A stretch of DNA of 36,280 nucleotides. It comes from Clostridia bacterium (GTDB lineage: Bacteria; Bacillota; Clostridia; Christensenellales; CAG-138). Every line of letters starts with the position of its first letter. Position 1 is the first letter of the stretch. The notes beneath the pieces were generated by a model. The model saw only the letters and a list, made by a program, of their open reading frames with translations. It was not told the DNA's origin and searched no databases. The translations under genes and the position numbers were made by a program. Positions 25,715 through 34,490 of this stretch are shown here, piece by piece. Where the stretch lies: the NCBI GenBank assembly GCA_045592165.1, contig JAZNUG010000077.1, positions 1 to 36,280 on the forward strand. Reading direction: 5' to 3'.

Positions 25715-27074
25715 ATTGTAAATATGAGGCCGTTTCTGCCTGCGGTCCTACGTTTACTATTCCGGAGATTGAGCGGTATTTGTCCTCCGTCACCAGTACC
25801 TTATCTATCAGTTCTCCCTCTGCGGAATAATACAGCTTGTGGGTCTCTGCGATGCTTCCCCTGCGGGCTTTGCGGATGGTTTTGCTTTCGCCGGGGGCAA
25901 GGGAGGGATCAACGACCGTTTCGGTACCCGGGGAGGAAAGGGTGGCGGTCTTTTTTGAAGTGAGCTCTATGCGTATTCCGTTTTCCAGCGGTCTGCCGTA
26001 TATGCGTACCGTTACGGTCTTTTCCTTTTCATCCGTTATGGCGGATACGGTAACGGGAGCAGGGCCTGAGTTGACAAATTTCAGGTTCGGTCCGCCTGTG
26101 GATATGGTGGCATCCCTTCCTATATCCACATAGCCAAGGGGCCAGGAATGATGATGCCGCTCGGTAATTTCCAGGTCTGCCATGAGAACCGCATTGTATA
26201 GAGTGGTGGATACCTGGCATACTCCGCCGCCGTATTCCTGCACATATGTGCCGTCCCTGATCCCTGCGGCGGTTTTCCAGCCGTTTTCCTGGTTTCTGTC
26301 GCCAAGTATTCTGTTGGTGTTGAATTCCTCACCGGGGGCAATTACCGTTCCGTCAATCATGGCGGCTGCTTTAACTATATTGAAAACCCTGTTGGCCTTG
26401 CCGTAGGTGCTGCCGGAAAATGAGGTGGTAAATTCGGATATCAGCGAGGTATCCTGCTGTGCCATATCTATAGTGTACCGGGCGGGGACAGCCGAGGTTT
26501 CGGCAGAAACGGTGCCGCTCCCGCCTCCGGAAATAAGCTCATATACGGCGCTGCTCAGCTTATCATAGTCAATCTGCTGCCCGTCCCTGTGCTGTGTGTA
26601 TGCAAAGCCGCTTCCGGGGGAATAGACTGCAGTTCCGTCCTCCGGCTGATATTGCAGCCGGGCAGTGTGTTCCATAAGGGCTGTTTTAAGGGCGTCTCTG
26701 TCGGCGCTCATGGAGGTGTGCAGTCTGCGCGGCTCAATGCCTGCAGGCCAGTGTTTTTTCAGGGCAAGGGCTTCCTGTATGGTTTCCTCCGTATTGAAGT
26801 TTATGGGAAGAAGGGAGCCGCTGATATCAACCGTGTCATCTCCGGCTGCAACGGTATAGCGCAGATCTTCAAGGGCGGCGGTATGGAGGGCTTCCAAGGC
26901 AGCAGAAGCTTCCGAGGGGGTCATACCGGATACATCCACGTTGTCTATCAGTATGCATTCTCCGAGCCGCGCTCCGGAGCTTTGCGCCTGTTCAGTATCG
27001 GCATATTTATCGGCACAGCCGGAGAATAATATAAGGACGGCCAAAACCGGCAGATACAAAGCATGTTTCTTCAT
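25713..27074 (-). CDS. VanW-family protein (PG-binding-like, VanW, G5-like), putative lipoprotein
   Basis: Lipobox LFSGC, NRVFNI, PGEEFN, GGGVCQVSTTLYNA, ERHHHS, GRDATI. SD GAGGA before ATG 27074. Confidence 0.88.
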   Translation of the reverse strand: MKKHALYLPVLAVLILFSGCADKYADTEQAQSSGARLGECILIDNVDVSGMTPSEASAALEALHTAALEDLRYTVAAGDDTVDISGSLLPINFNTEETIQEALALKKHWPAGIEPRRLHTSMSADRDALKTALMEHTARLQYQPEDGTAVYSPGSGFAYTQHRDGQQIDYDKLSSAVYELISGGGSGTVSAETSAVPARYTIDMAQQDTSLISEFTTSFSGSTYGKANRVFNIVKAAAMIDGTVIAPGEEFNTNRILGDRNQENGWKTAAGIRDGTYVQEYGGGVCQVSTTLYNAVLMADLEITERHHHSWPLGYVDIGRDATISTGGPNLKFVNSGPAPVTVSAITDEKEKTVTVRIYGRPLENGIRIELTSKKTATLSSPGTETVVDPSLAPGESKTIRKARRGSIAETHKLYYSAEGELIDKVLVTEDKYRSISGIVNVGPQAETASYLQ

Positions 27075-27199
27075 ATGCAAAAATCCTCGTGATTCATCAT
27101 TTGTGCTGATAGTATCTGCAGAAAAAGCAAAAGGATACCGGGGTGAAGCAGTTAATAATTGCATAATCAATTAAAGTATGCGGAATATACTTGAAAAAG

Positions 27200-27253
27200 A
27201 TTGTATTTATAATATACAATTATATACAGGGACAGTATTTTAAATTGTCTACA
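27200..27253 (+). promoter_or_regulatory. Putative GntR/FadR autoregulatory operators
   Basis: ATTGTAT-N7-ATACAAT (27200-27220), TTATATACAG and TTGTCTACAG, overlapping a TTGAAA-18 bp-TACAAT promoter. Confidence 0.5.
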
Positions 27254-27265
27254 GGAGGAAACAAA

Positions 27266-27907
27266 GTGGTTTTTGATCCAAGCGACAAGCAATCCCTTAC
27301 TGCAAAGGTGTATGAATACATCCGAAACGGTATACTTGACGGCAGCTATAAGGACGGCGACTATCTTGTGGAAACCCGGCTGGCAGATGAGCTTCAGGTA
27401 AGCCGTACTCCTATCCGCGAGGCGCTTAAGCAGCTTGAGCTGGAGGGCCTTGCCATGTCCATGCCCAACAGGGGCGTGGTGGTTCAGGCTATTACTCAGA
27501 ACGATATTGATGATATGTACAACATTCGTCAGATCCTGGAAGGACTGGCGGCATATTGGGCAGCCCAGCGAATAACCAAGGAACAGCTGAATGCATTGTC
27601 CGAAAAACTGGATTTTATGGATTTCTATACCGGAAGGGGCGGTGCAGCGCAGCTTTCCAAGCTGGATAATGAATTCCATGAGCTTATTTTCAAGGCCTGC
27701 GACAGCCGTATGCTCCGCCATATACTGACCTCGCTCCATCAGAATACCCGCAGGGCGCGCACCAGCAGCCTTACCGTTCCCAGCCGTCCCGGCGATTCCC
27801 TAAAGGAGCATAAAGCAATATTTGCCGCCATCAAGGCCGGTGATCCCGATGCAGCCAAAATTGCTATGGAAAATCACGTAAAGAACGCCCACAGCGCAAC
27901 AATGTAA
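27266..27907 (+). CDS. GntR-family (FadR/FCD) transcriptional regulator
   Basis: LVETRLADELQVSRTPIREALKQLELEG, DNEFH, EHKAI, MENHV. SD AGGAGG before GTG 27266. Confidence 0.93.
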   Translation: MVFDPSDKQSLTAKVYEYIRNGILDGSYKDGDYLVETRLADELQVSRTPIREALKQLELEGLAMSMPNRGVVVQAITQNDIDDMYNIRQILEGLAAYWAAQRITKEQLNALSEKLDFMDFYTGRGGAAQLSKLDNEFHELIFKACDSRMLRHILTSLHQNTRRARTSSLTVPSRPGDSLKEHKAIFAAIKAGDPDAAKIAMENHVKNAHSATM

Positions 27908-27917
27908 TTGCCCTTCG

Positions 27918-27943
27918 GGAGGATGCGTCGCATCCTCCTTTTT
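27918..27943 (+). terminator. Intrinsic terminator
   Basis: GGAGGATGC-GTC-GCATCCTCC-TTTTT. Confidence 0.85.
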
Positions 27944-27975
27944 GTATTATCTGATTATCCTATAAGGAGATAAAA

Positions 27976-29148
27976 ATGGCGCGGATTGATTGTAAAGGTG
28001 AAGTATACAGTGCAGGCGGCCCAGGTTTGTTTATGCTGGGCAGAGCAGAGCAGGCAGGACAGAAGCTGCTTGAGGAATATGAGGGCAAGGTGCGGCTTAT
28101 CTATCTTGATCCGCCTTTTGGTACGGGGGATACCTTTGCCGTAAAATCCGGTCCGAAGGGAAAAAGCGTAAGGGTACCCGCATATGCGGATAATCTTTCC
28201 CATGAAAAATACATGGAAATGATGGAAAGCGTACTTACCCTATGCCGCAGACTGCTTGCTCCGGACGGCACCGTATATCTGCATGTGGATTATCGCATGG
28301 CGGCTTATCTCAAGCTGCTGATGGATAAGATATTCGGCAAAAAGAACTTTGTAAACGAGATAATCTGGGCATATAAGTCAGGCGGACGGGCCACGAAGCA
28401 TTTTTCAAGAAAACATGACGATATTCTGGTATACCGCAAGGGGAATTCAAACTATTTTGACATTGTTTCCGTGGGTATACCCAGAGGGCCGGAGCGCCGC
28501 AATCACATGAAGCAGCAGGTGGATGAGGACGGAAGAGTTTATTATTCCATCCGTTCCGGCGGCAAGGTATATAAATACTACGAGGACTCTTTGGTATTTC
28601 CCAGCGACGTATGGACGGATATTGAGCATCTCCATCAGCGGGACCCTGAGCGTACAGGATACAGTACCCAAAAGCCTGAGGCCCTGCTTAAACGCATAAT
28701 ACTTGCTTCGTCCGAGGAAGGGGATATCGTTGCGGATCTGTTCTCAGGAAGCGGCACCACGGCGGCTGCTGCGGCAAAGCTGGGCCGCAGATGGATTGCG
28801 GCGGATGCCTCTCCCGCGGCGCTGATGACGCTCAGAAAACGCTTGCTGGATTGTCACAGCGATACTTCCATGTTTACTGCAGACCACAGAATGGAAGTGG
28901 AATACCTTTCCTGTACGGATGTGGGAAAAAGGCCGGATGTTACCGTAAGCAGGGACAGGGACGGCTTTGTTGTATGTCCCAATGAAGAGCTCTCCTACAT
29001 TGCGGCAGGCCATATGGAGGATGGTGTATTCACGGCAGATGCATATGATACCGTCCCTGCTGCCAGCAAAAAGATGGCAGTAAAGGGAGATAGGCTTACT
29101 CTGCTGGTATCCGACCTTTACGGCAATATTTCAGTATGGGAATACTGA
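27976..29148 (+). CDS. Site-specific amino-DNA methyltransferase (beta-class motif order), orphan
   Basis: Motif IV IYLDPPF precedes motif I DLFSGSGTT. NEIIWAY and YSTQKPEALLKRII are also present. Confidence 0.9.
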   Translation: MARIDCKGEVYSAGGPGLFMLGRAEQAGQKLLEEYEGKVRLIYLDPPFGTGDTFAVKSGPKGKSVRVPAYADNLSHEKYMEMMESVLTLCRRLLAPDGTVYLHVDYRMAAYLKLLMDKIFGKKNFVNEIIWAYKSGGRATKHFSRKHDDILVYRKGNSNYFDIVSVGIPRGPERRNHMKQQVDEDGRVYYSIRSGGKVYKYYEDSLVFPSDVWTDIEHLHQRDPERTGYSTQKPEALLKRIILASSEEGDIVADLFSGSGTTAAAAAKLGRRWIAADASPAALMTLRKRLLDCHSDTSMFTADHRMEVEYLSCTDVGKRPDVTVSRDRDGFVVCPNEELSYIAAGHMEDGVFTADAYDTVPAASKKMAVKGDRLTLLVSDLYGNISVWEY

Positions 29149-29168
29149 TTAACTTAAATTGAGGCAAC

Positions 29169-29198
29169 AAAAAAGACCGCTGAAAAGCGGTCTTTTTT
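29169..29198. terminator. Bidirectional intrinsic terminator
   Basis: AAAAAAGACCGCT-GAAA-AGCGGTCTTTTTT. Confidence 0.92.
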
Positions 29199-29207
29199 AT
29201 GTGTTGC

Positions 29208-30407
29208 TTATGCCTTTGCAGCGTTGTATTTTTCAATGGCCAGCTTGAGCAGTTCCATGGAGCGCTCGAGGTCCTGACAGTTGAGCACATAGGCAAAACG
29301 TACTTCGTCAACGCCCTTGCCGGGAGTGCTGTAGAAGCCTGCGCCGGGGGCATACATAACGGTTTCGTTATTGTCGGAGAACTCGGTAAGCAGCCAGGTC
29401 TGGAACTTATCGGTGTCATCAACGGGCAGCTTTGCCATCATGTAGAATGCGCCCTTGGGCTCCTTGCAAACCACGCCGGGAATCTCCATCAGCTTCTTGT
29501 AGATGGTGTCGCGGCGGCGCTTGTATTCTGCGCGGACAGCGGCAAAGTAATCTGCATCCACGGAGTACAGGGCGGCGGAAGCTACCTGGTCCAGAGTGGC
29601 AACGGAAAGACGGGCCTGGCAGCACTTGAGAACATTCTGCTGCAGTTCCTTGTTCTTGGTGATAAGTACGCCAATACGTGCGCCGCAGGCGCTGAAACGC
29701 TTGGATACGGAGTCGATTACGATGGCATTGTCGGCGATATCGTCAAACTGGGCGATGGAATCCAGAGAAACTTCATCTTCGTATACGAATTCACGGTATA
29801 CTTCATCGCCAATGAGGAACAGGTCATGGGCCTTGGCAATGTCGGCCAGTACGCGCATCTCTTCCTTGGTAAGCACAACGCCGGTGGGGTTGCCGGGGTT
29901 GGTGAACATGATGGCGCGGGTATTGGGGGTGATCAGGGCTTCGATCTTTTCCTTATCCACATACTTGTAGCCCTCTTCGGGGGTGGTGTGGAGGGGAACG
30001 ATCTTGCCGCCGGTGACGTTTACAAAGGTGCGGTAGTTGGGATAGAAAGGCTCAGGGATGATTATCTCATCGCCGTCGTCAAGTATGCAGTTGAGAACCA
30101 TCTGCAGGGCCTCGGAGCCGCCGGAGGATACAAAGATATCGCTGTTTGCAAGCTCTACGCCGATGCCGGCATAGTAATTCTTGACTGCGTCAATCATTAC
30201 GGGAAGGCCGGGGGAGGGGGCGTATTCAAGAACAGGCAGGGTAAAATTGCGTACCGCCTCAAAGTATGCGGGAGGGGTTTCAATATCGGGCTGACCTATA
30301 TTCAGATGATAGATCTTGATACCCTTCTTGTTGCATTCCAACTGATAGGGATAGAACTTGCGAATGGGGGAAAGGCCGCATTTTTCGACTTTGCTGGAAA
30401 ATTTCAT
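29208..30407 (-). CDS. PLP-dependent aminotransferase class I/II (aspartate aminotransferase-like)
   Basis: LNIGQPD, GGSEAL, NPGNPTG, DEVY, SVSKRFSACGARIG, PKGAFY. Confidence 0.93.
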   Translation of the reverse strand: MKFSSKVEKCGLSPIRKFYPYQLECNKKGIKIYHLNIGQPDIETPPAYFEAVRNFTLPVLEYAPSPGLPVMIDAVKNYYAGIGVELANSDIFVSSGGSEALQMVLNCILDDGDEIIIPEPFYPNYRTFVNVTGGKIVPLHTTPEEGYKYVDKEKIEALITPNTRAIMFTNPGNPTGVVLTKEEMRVLADIAKAHDLFLIGDEVYREFVYEDEVSLDSIAQFDDIADNAIVIDSVSKRFSACGARIGVLITKNKELQQNVLKCCQARLSVATLDQVASAALYSVDADYFAAVRAEYKRRRDTIYKKLMEIPGVVCKEPKGAFYMMAKLPVDDTDKFQTWLLTEFSDNNETVMYAPGAGFYSTPGKGVDEVRFAYVLNCQDLERSMELLKLAIEKYNAAKA

Positions 30408-30549
30408 TTGTAATGTGCCTCCGGATGGTATTTGTTTTTTGCATGAAAGAATTCGGGTATAGAAGTATACCCGATGTCATTATATCATATATTATACCAC
30501 ACCTTTTACAGGAAACAATGCGGGGACCGCTTATAGCACAAAAGTGCAT

Positions 30550-30585
30550 AAATAAAGGATTGTCCGGAGAGGAACAATCCTTTTT
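30550..30585 (-). terminator. Intrinsic terminator of the second VanW gene
   Basis: AAAGGATTGT...ACAATCCTTT dyad. The minus strand is followed by ATTT. Confidence 0.7.
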
Positions 30586-30598
30586 GCTGTTTATTGAA

Positions 30599-32146
30599 TT
30601 ATGCGGTGGGCTTTGGCAGGCTGGGGTCGCCTGTACCGACGGTAACCTTGCCCTGAACGGCTCGGTAGCTGTCGGTATACAGCAGCTCGGAGCTGTCCAG
30701 AGTGCCGTTTACGTACTTGTCTCTGAATACTTCGGACTTGTAGCCCTTGCGGGAGGTAACGGTTGTTTCCTTATATCCCATAGGCCATTCAGGATTTTCC
30801 TCGGTGACGGTTTCCTTGGGGTCGATGGTTTCTATTACTTCGCCGCGGGTAGTGTAGGTAACGCCGTCGGGCAGGGGTTCGCCGTAGATGTAGATGGTCA
30901 TGGTGTGATTGGTCTGGTCGCAGTAGGCGAAGATATACAGCGGAGCCCCGGTATTATTTATGAAGTTGAGGCTCTTGCCGCTGTCGACGCTGCCTGTAAC
31001 GGTGGAGTCAAGGCCGATGTCTGCGTAGCTGGAGGGCCAGGAGTGATGGTAGCGCTCGGTTATCTCTATCTCGCTGCCGCTGCAGAGCAGGGCGTTGTAC
31101 AGGGTGGTGGAAACCTGGCATATACCGCCGCCGGCCTGCATTTCATAGGTGTTGCCGTTTACAATGCCGGGAGCGAGAGGCCAGCCGCCGGACTCGGTAC
31201 GGGGACCGATGAAGCCGTTGAAGTTGAATTCCTCGCCAACTTCTATTTTGCAGCCGTTGAGGAGGGTGGTGGCCTTCTGAATATTGCCTACGCGGTTGGT
31301 GTTGCGGAGGCTGGAGCTGCTGCCGAAGTCTGTCTGCCAGGTAGAGCGCAGCTGGGTGTTTTCCTTAAGCCAATCCAGAGAATGGCTGGGGGCCTGGGTA
31401 ACAAGTTCAGGCTTGATGAGGGTCTGGAAATTGCCTTCGCTGAGGGCAGTAGTGATGGAGGAGAGCAGCGCCTCCTGATCCAGTACGTGGCCGTCTTCGC
31501 CCTCGTGGTAATTGAAGGCGGGAGTGGCGGACCACATATTTGCCTCGGCAGAGGGCTCAACAGCGGGGGTATCCACAGCGGCGGCGATTTCCGCAATCTG
31601 ATTCCTGAGGACCGTGGCATCAGGGGTGAAGTTTACGGTAAATTCCTTGCCGAGTTCCTTGAGTTCCTTCTTGGCCTTGCTGTTTGCGGCGGAAGTGTCG
31701 CCGCGGCCGTACAGCATTGCCTGAGCAAGAACGTATTCAAGGTCGGTGGATACTTTCATATCTGCGCCGGTGAACAGCCACAGGCTGGAGCCGTAGGATA
31801 CGCCGATGTTCACGTTCTTTGCGGTTTCCTCCAGCATGGGTGCTATGGTGCTTCTGGCTTCATCCAGTGTCATGCCGGATACGTTTTTGCCGTTTATGAC
31901 GATACCGCTGAGGTAGGTTCCTTCATCCAGATAGGAGCGGAGCTTCTTTTCTCCGGGGATATGGGTATGGCGAATACGCAGGAAAAACACCACAGCAAGG
32001 GCCGCGATGAGTACTGCGGCAAATATAAACAGCCTGCGGGTCATGGCCTTATAGGGATTTACTTTTCTCTTTCTGCGTCCGCTGCTATGCCGTTCTGCCG
32101 CTGCTTCGGCGGAGCGGCTGCTGCGGTTGCGGGTTTTAACATCCAT
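30599..32146 (-). CDS. VanW-family protein with N-terminal TM anchor and G5-like C-terminus
   Basis: Basic N-terminus plus TM helix, NRVGNI, GEEFNFN, GGGICQVSTTLYNA, ERYHHS, GLDSTV. SD GGAG. Confidence 0.9.
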   Translation of the reverse strand: MDVKTRNRSSRSAEAAAERHSSGRRKRKVNPYKAMTRRLFIFAAVLIAALAVVFFLRIRHTHIPGEKKLRSYLDEGTYLSGIVINGKNVSGMTLDEARSTIAPMLEETAKNVNIGVSYGSSLWLFTGADMKVSTDLEYVLAQAMLYGRGDTSAANSKAKKELKELGKEFTVNFTPDATVLRNQIAEIAAAVDTPAVEPSAEANMWSATPAFNYHEGEDGHVLDQEALLSSITTALSEGNFQTLIKPELVTQAPSHSLDWLKENTQLRSTWQTDFGSSSSLRNTNRVGNIQKATTLLNGCKIEVGEEFNFNGFIGPRTESGGWPLAPGIVNGNTYEMQAGGGICQVSTTLYNALLCSGSEIEITERYHHSWPSSYADIGLDSTVTGSVDSGKSLNFINNTGAPLYIFAYCDQTNHTMTIYIYGEPLPDGVTYTTRGEVIETIDPKETVTEENPEWPMGYKETTVTSRKGYKSEVFRDKYVNGTLDSSELLYTDSYRAVQGKVTVGTGDPSLPKPTA

Positions 32147-32181
32147 TTATCTTCTCCGTAAGTGCATATTTTAACTTATAC

Positions 32182-32210
32182 ATTATACCCGAATAAAGTG
32201 CGGGTATCAA
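32182..32210 (-). promoter_or_regulatory. sigmaA promoter of the second VanW gene
   Basis: TTGATA-17 bp-TATAAT, with an ATACCCG-N9-CGGGTAT dyad. Confidence 0.7.
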
Positions 32211-32348
32211 CAGCTTTTGGGCAATGGCTCATATGGAAAAATTCGCCGGATATATCCCATTGCTCATGCATGGAACATTATACACCAAAGCATGACAATA
32301 TGAAGCCACTTCACAAAATCATCGAATATTGTTTACAAAATAGTGCCC

Positions 32349-32377
32349 TTGTGGCAATTGGGTATGGATAGTATAAT
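32349..32377 (+). promoter_or_regulatory. sigmaA promoter of the rnj operon
   Basis: TTGTGG-17 bp-TATAAT. Confidence 0.55.
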
Positions 32378-32470
32378 ATTGACGTATACTGGAAATGGTG
32401 TGTCCATAGGACACAAAGACATATACCAAAATTGATATGTACATTATTGAGTACAGAAAGGAAAACCAAA

Positions 32471-34126
32471 TTGGCATCAAAGAAACTTAAGATAATTCCC
32501 CTCGGAGGCGTAGGGGAAATAGGCAAGAACATGACCGTAATAGAATACGGCAGCGACATAATCATAATCGATTGCGGCCTGGCATTTCCGGATGACGATA
32601 TGCCCGGAATAGATGTCGTTATACCCGATATGTCCTATCTTGAAAAGAACGCCCAGAATATCCGCGGCATATTGATTACCCACGGCCATGAAGACCACAT
32701 CGGCGCGGTGCCCTATGCATTGCAGAAGCTGAAGGTGCCCGTATATGCTACCAAGCTTACCATAGCCCTTATCGAGCAGAAGCTCAGCGAAATAAAGGTT
32801 GATAATGTAGACCTGAACTGTGTAAGTCCCGGGGATACCATCCGTCTTGGCTGCTTCAATGTGGAATTCATCAAGACCAGCCATTCCATAGCTGATTCCT
32901 GTGCCCTTGCTATCAACACCCCTATCGGCACAGTAATCCACACCGGCGACTTCAAGGTGGACTATACTCCCATCGACGGCGAGCCTATCGATATCGCCCG
33001 CCTTGCATATTACGGCTCCCGCGGCGTACTGGCCCTTATGAGCGACAGCACCAATGTGGAAAACGACGGCCATACCCCTTCCGAGCGGGGCATCGGCAAA
33101 ACCTTCGAGCATTACTTTGACAAGGCCAAGGGCAGGGTAATTGTTGCCACCTTTGCCTCCAATATTTACCGCATACAGCAGATCGCGGATGTGGCAATAT
33201 CCTTCGGCAGGATGATATGCTTCCAGGGCCGCAGTATGGTGAAAATCGCAGAGATTGCAAGAGACCTTGGCTATCTGCAGCTGCCGGATGAGAGCATAGT
33301 GGATGTAAACCAGCTCAAAAAGCTCCGTGACGATCAGATATGCGTAATTACCACCGGATCTCAGGGCGAGCCCATGAGCGGCCTGTTCCGCATGGCAAAC
33401 TCATCCCACAAGGTAAACGTAGGAAAGGGAGATATGGTTATAATCTCCGCATCCTCCATACCCGGCAATGAAAAGAGCGTTGCAAAGGTAATAAACCAGC
33501 TGTATCAGCACGGCGCAAGGGTAATATACGACCACATGGCGGATGTTCACGTTTCCGGTCACGCCTGCAAGGAAGAGCTTAAGCTTATGCTTACCCTTGT
33601 AAAGCCCAAGTTCTTTATCCCTGTTCACGGTGAGGCAAGGCATCTTTATCAGCATGCGGAGCTTGCCGAGGAGCTTGGCATATCCGAGGATAATATCTTC
33701 ATCACTGAAATCGGCGATGTTGTGGAGCTTACACGCAATAAGGGCCGCATGGCAGGCAGCGTTACCGCAGGCAGTGTAATGGTGGACGGCAGCGGCATAG
33801 GCGATATAGGCAATGTGGTGCTCAGGGACAGAAAGCTGCTTTCCGAGGACGGCATCTTTACCGCTGTAATCACTCTTAACCGCCAGACAGGCGCTCTGCT
33901 TGCAGCTCCAGAAATACTTTCCCGCGGCTTTGTGTATGAAAAGAGCTCTGAGGAGCTTCTTAAGGAAGCGCGCGAGCTTGTCCGCTCCAAGGCGGCCCAG
34001 TTCGAAAAGAACCACAAGAGCAACTGGGCTTCCATAAAGAACGATATACGCAACAGCCTTAAAAACTACCTTTACGATCAGACACGGCGCAGGCCCATGG
34101 TGCTGCCCATAATTATTGAAATATAG
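32471..34126 (+). CDS. rnj: Ribonuclease J
   Basis: IPLGGVGEIGKN, THGHEDHIG, HTGDFK, FASNIYR, TGSQGEP, HVSGH, PVHGE. TTG start after GAAAGGA. Confidence 0.96.
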   Translation: MASKKLKIIPLGGVGEIGKNMTVIEYGSDIIIIDCGLAFPDDDMPGIDVVIPDMSYLEKNAQNIRGILITHGHEDHIGAVPYALQKLKVPVYATKLTIALIEQKLSEIKVDNVDLNCVSPGDTIRLGCFNVEFIKTSHSIADSCALAINTPIGTVIHTGDFKVDYTPIDGEPIDIARLAYYGSRGVLALMSDSTNVENDGHTPSERGIGKTFEHYFDKAKGRVIVATFASNIYRIQQIADVAISFGRMICFQGRSMVKIAEIARDLGYLQLPDESIVDVNQLKKLRDDQICVITTGSQGEPMSGLFRMANSSHKVNVGKGDMVIISASSIPGNEKSVAKVINQLYQHGARVIYDHMADVHVSGHACKEELKLMLTLVKPKFFIPVHGEARHLYQHAELAEELGISEDNIFITEIGDVVELTRNKGRMAGSVTAGSVMVDGSGIGDIGNVVLRDRKLLSEDGIFTAVITLNRQTGALLAAPEILSRGFVYEKSSEELLKEARELVRSKAAQFEKNHKSNWASIKNDIRNSLKNYLYDQTRRRPMVLPIIIEI

Positions 34127-34148
34127 AATTTACTTCGGAGGTACAGCT

Positions 34149-34490
34149 ATGGTATACGACAAGGCGAATGAACTGGCTCAGGATATCAGAAACAGCGAGG
34201 AATACAGGGAGTATAAGGCTACTAAAGAAAAGGCCTTTGAAAACCAGACCACTGCATCCCTCATCAAGGAATATCACAAGCTGCAGATTACCGCCCAGGC
34301 CGCGATGGTTACAGGCAATAAGGATGATGATTCCATGCAGCGCCTGCAGAAGATCGGCGAGCTGCTTCAGATGAACCATGACGCTTCCGCCTTTCTTATG
34401 GCGGAATACCGCCTTAATCGTATGGTGAGCGATATCTACAAGATACTTGCCGAGGCCATAGAAGTGGATCTGGGCATGCTGGAGGAATAA
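34149..34490 (+). CDS. YlbF/YmcA-family protein
   Basis: VYDKANELAQDIRNSEEY...FLMAEYRL. SD GGAGGT. Confidence 0.85.
   Translation: MVYDKANELAQDIRNSEEYREYKATKEKAFENQTTASLIKEYHKLQITAQAAMVTGNKDDDSMQRLQKIGELLQMNHDASAFLMAEYRLNRMVSDIYKILAEAIEVDLGMLEE

Noticed and set aside
27976-29148. Methyltransferase as part of a restriction-modification or defence island
   Set aside because: There is no nuclease, specificity subunit, integrase or visible compositional shift nearby.
30561-30574. GTCCGGAGAGG matches the core of a PyrR binding loop
   Set aside because: It is on the non-coding strand, in the loop of the VanW terminator. It lacks the flanking consensus and is not upstream of a pyrimidine gene.
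25713-32146. VanW genes as a vancomycin-resistance locus
   Set aside because: No vanA/B/H/X/Y/R/S genes are present, and VanW-domain proteins are common in Clostridia.
30413-32161. 582-aa plus-strand ORF, and the adjoining 404-aa ORF at 29199-30413
   Set aside because: These are antisense shadows of the VanW and aminotransferase genes, with no recognisable motifs or SD. Biased codon usage keeps the reverse frame open.
32399-32413. GTGTCC-ATA-GGACAC hairpin in the rnj 5' UTR
   Set aside because: A single 6-bp stem is too little to support a regulatory RNA call.
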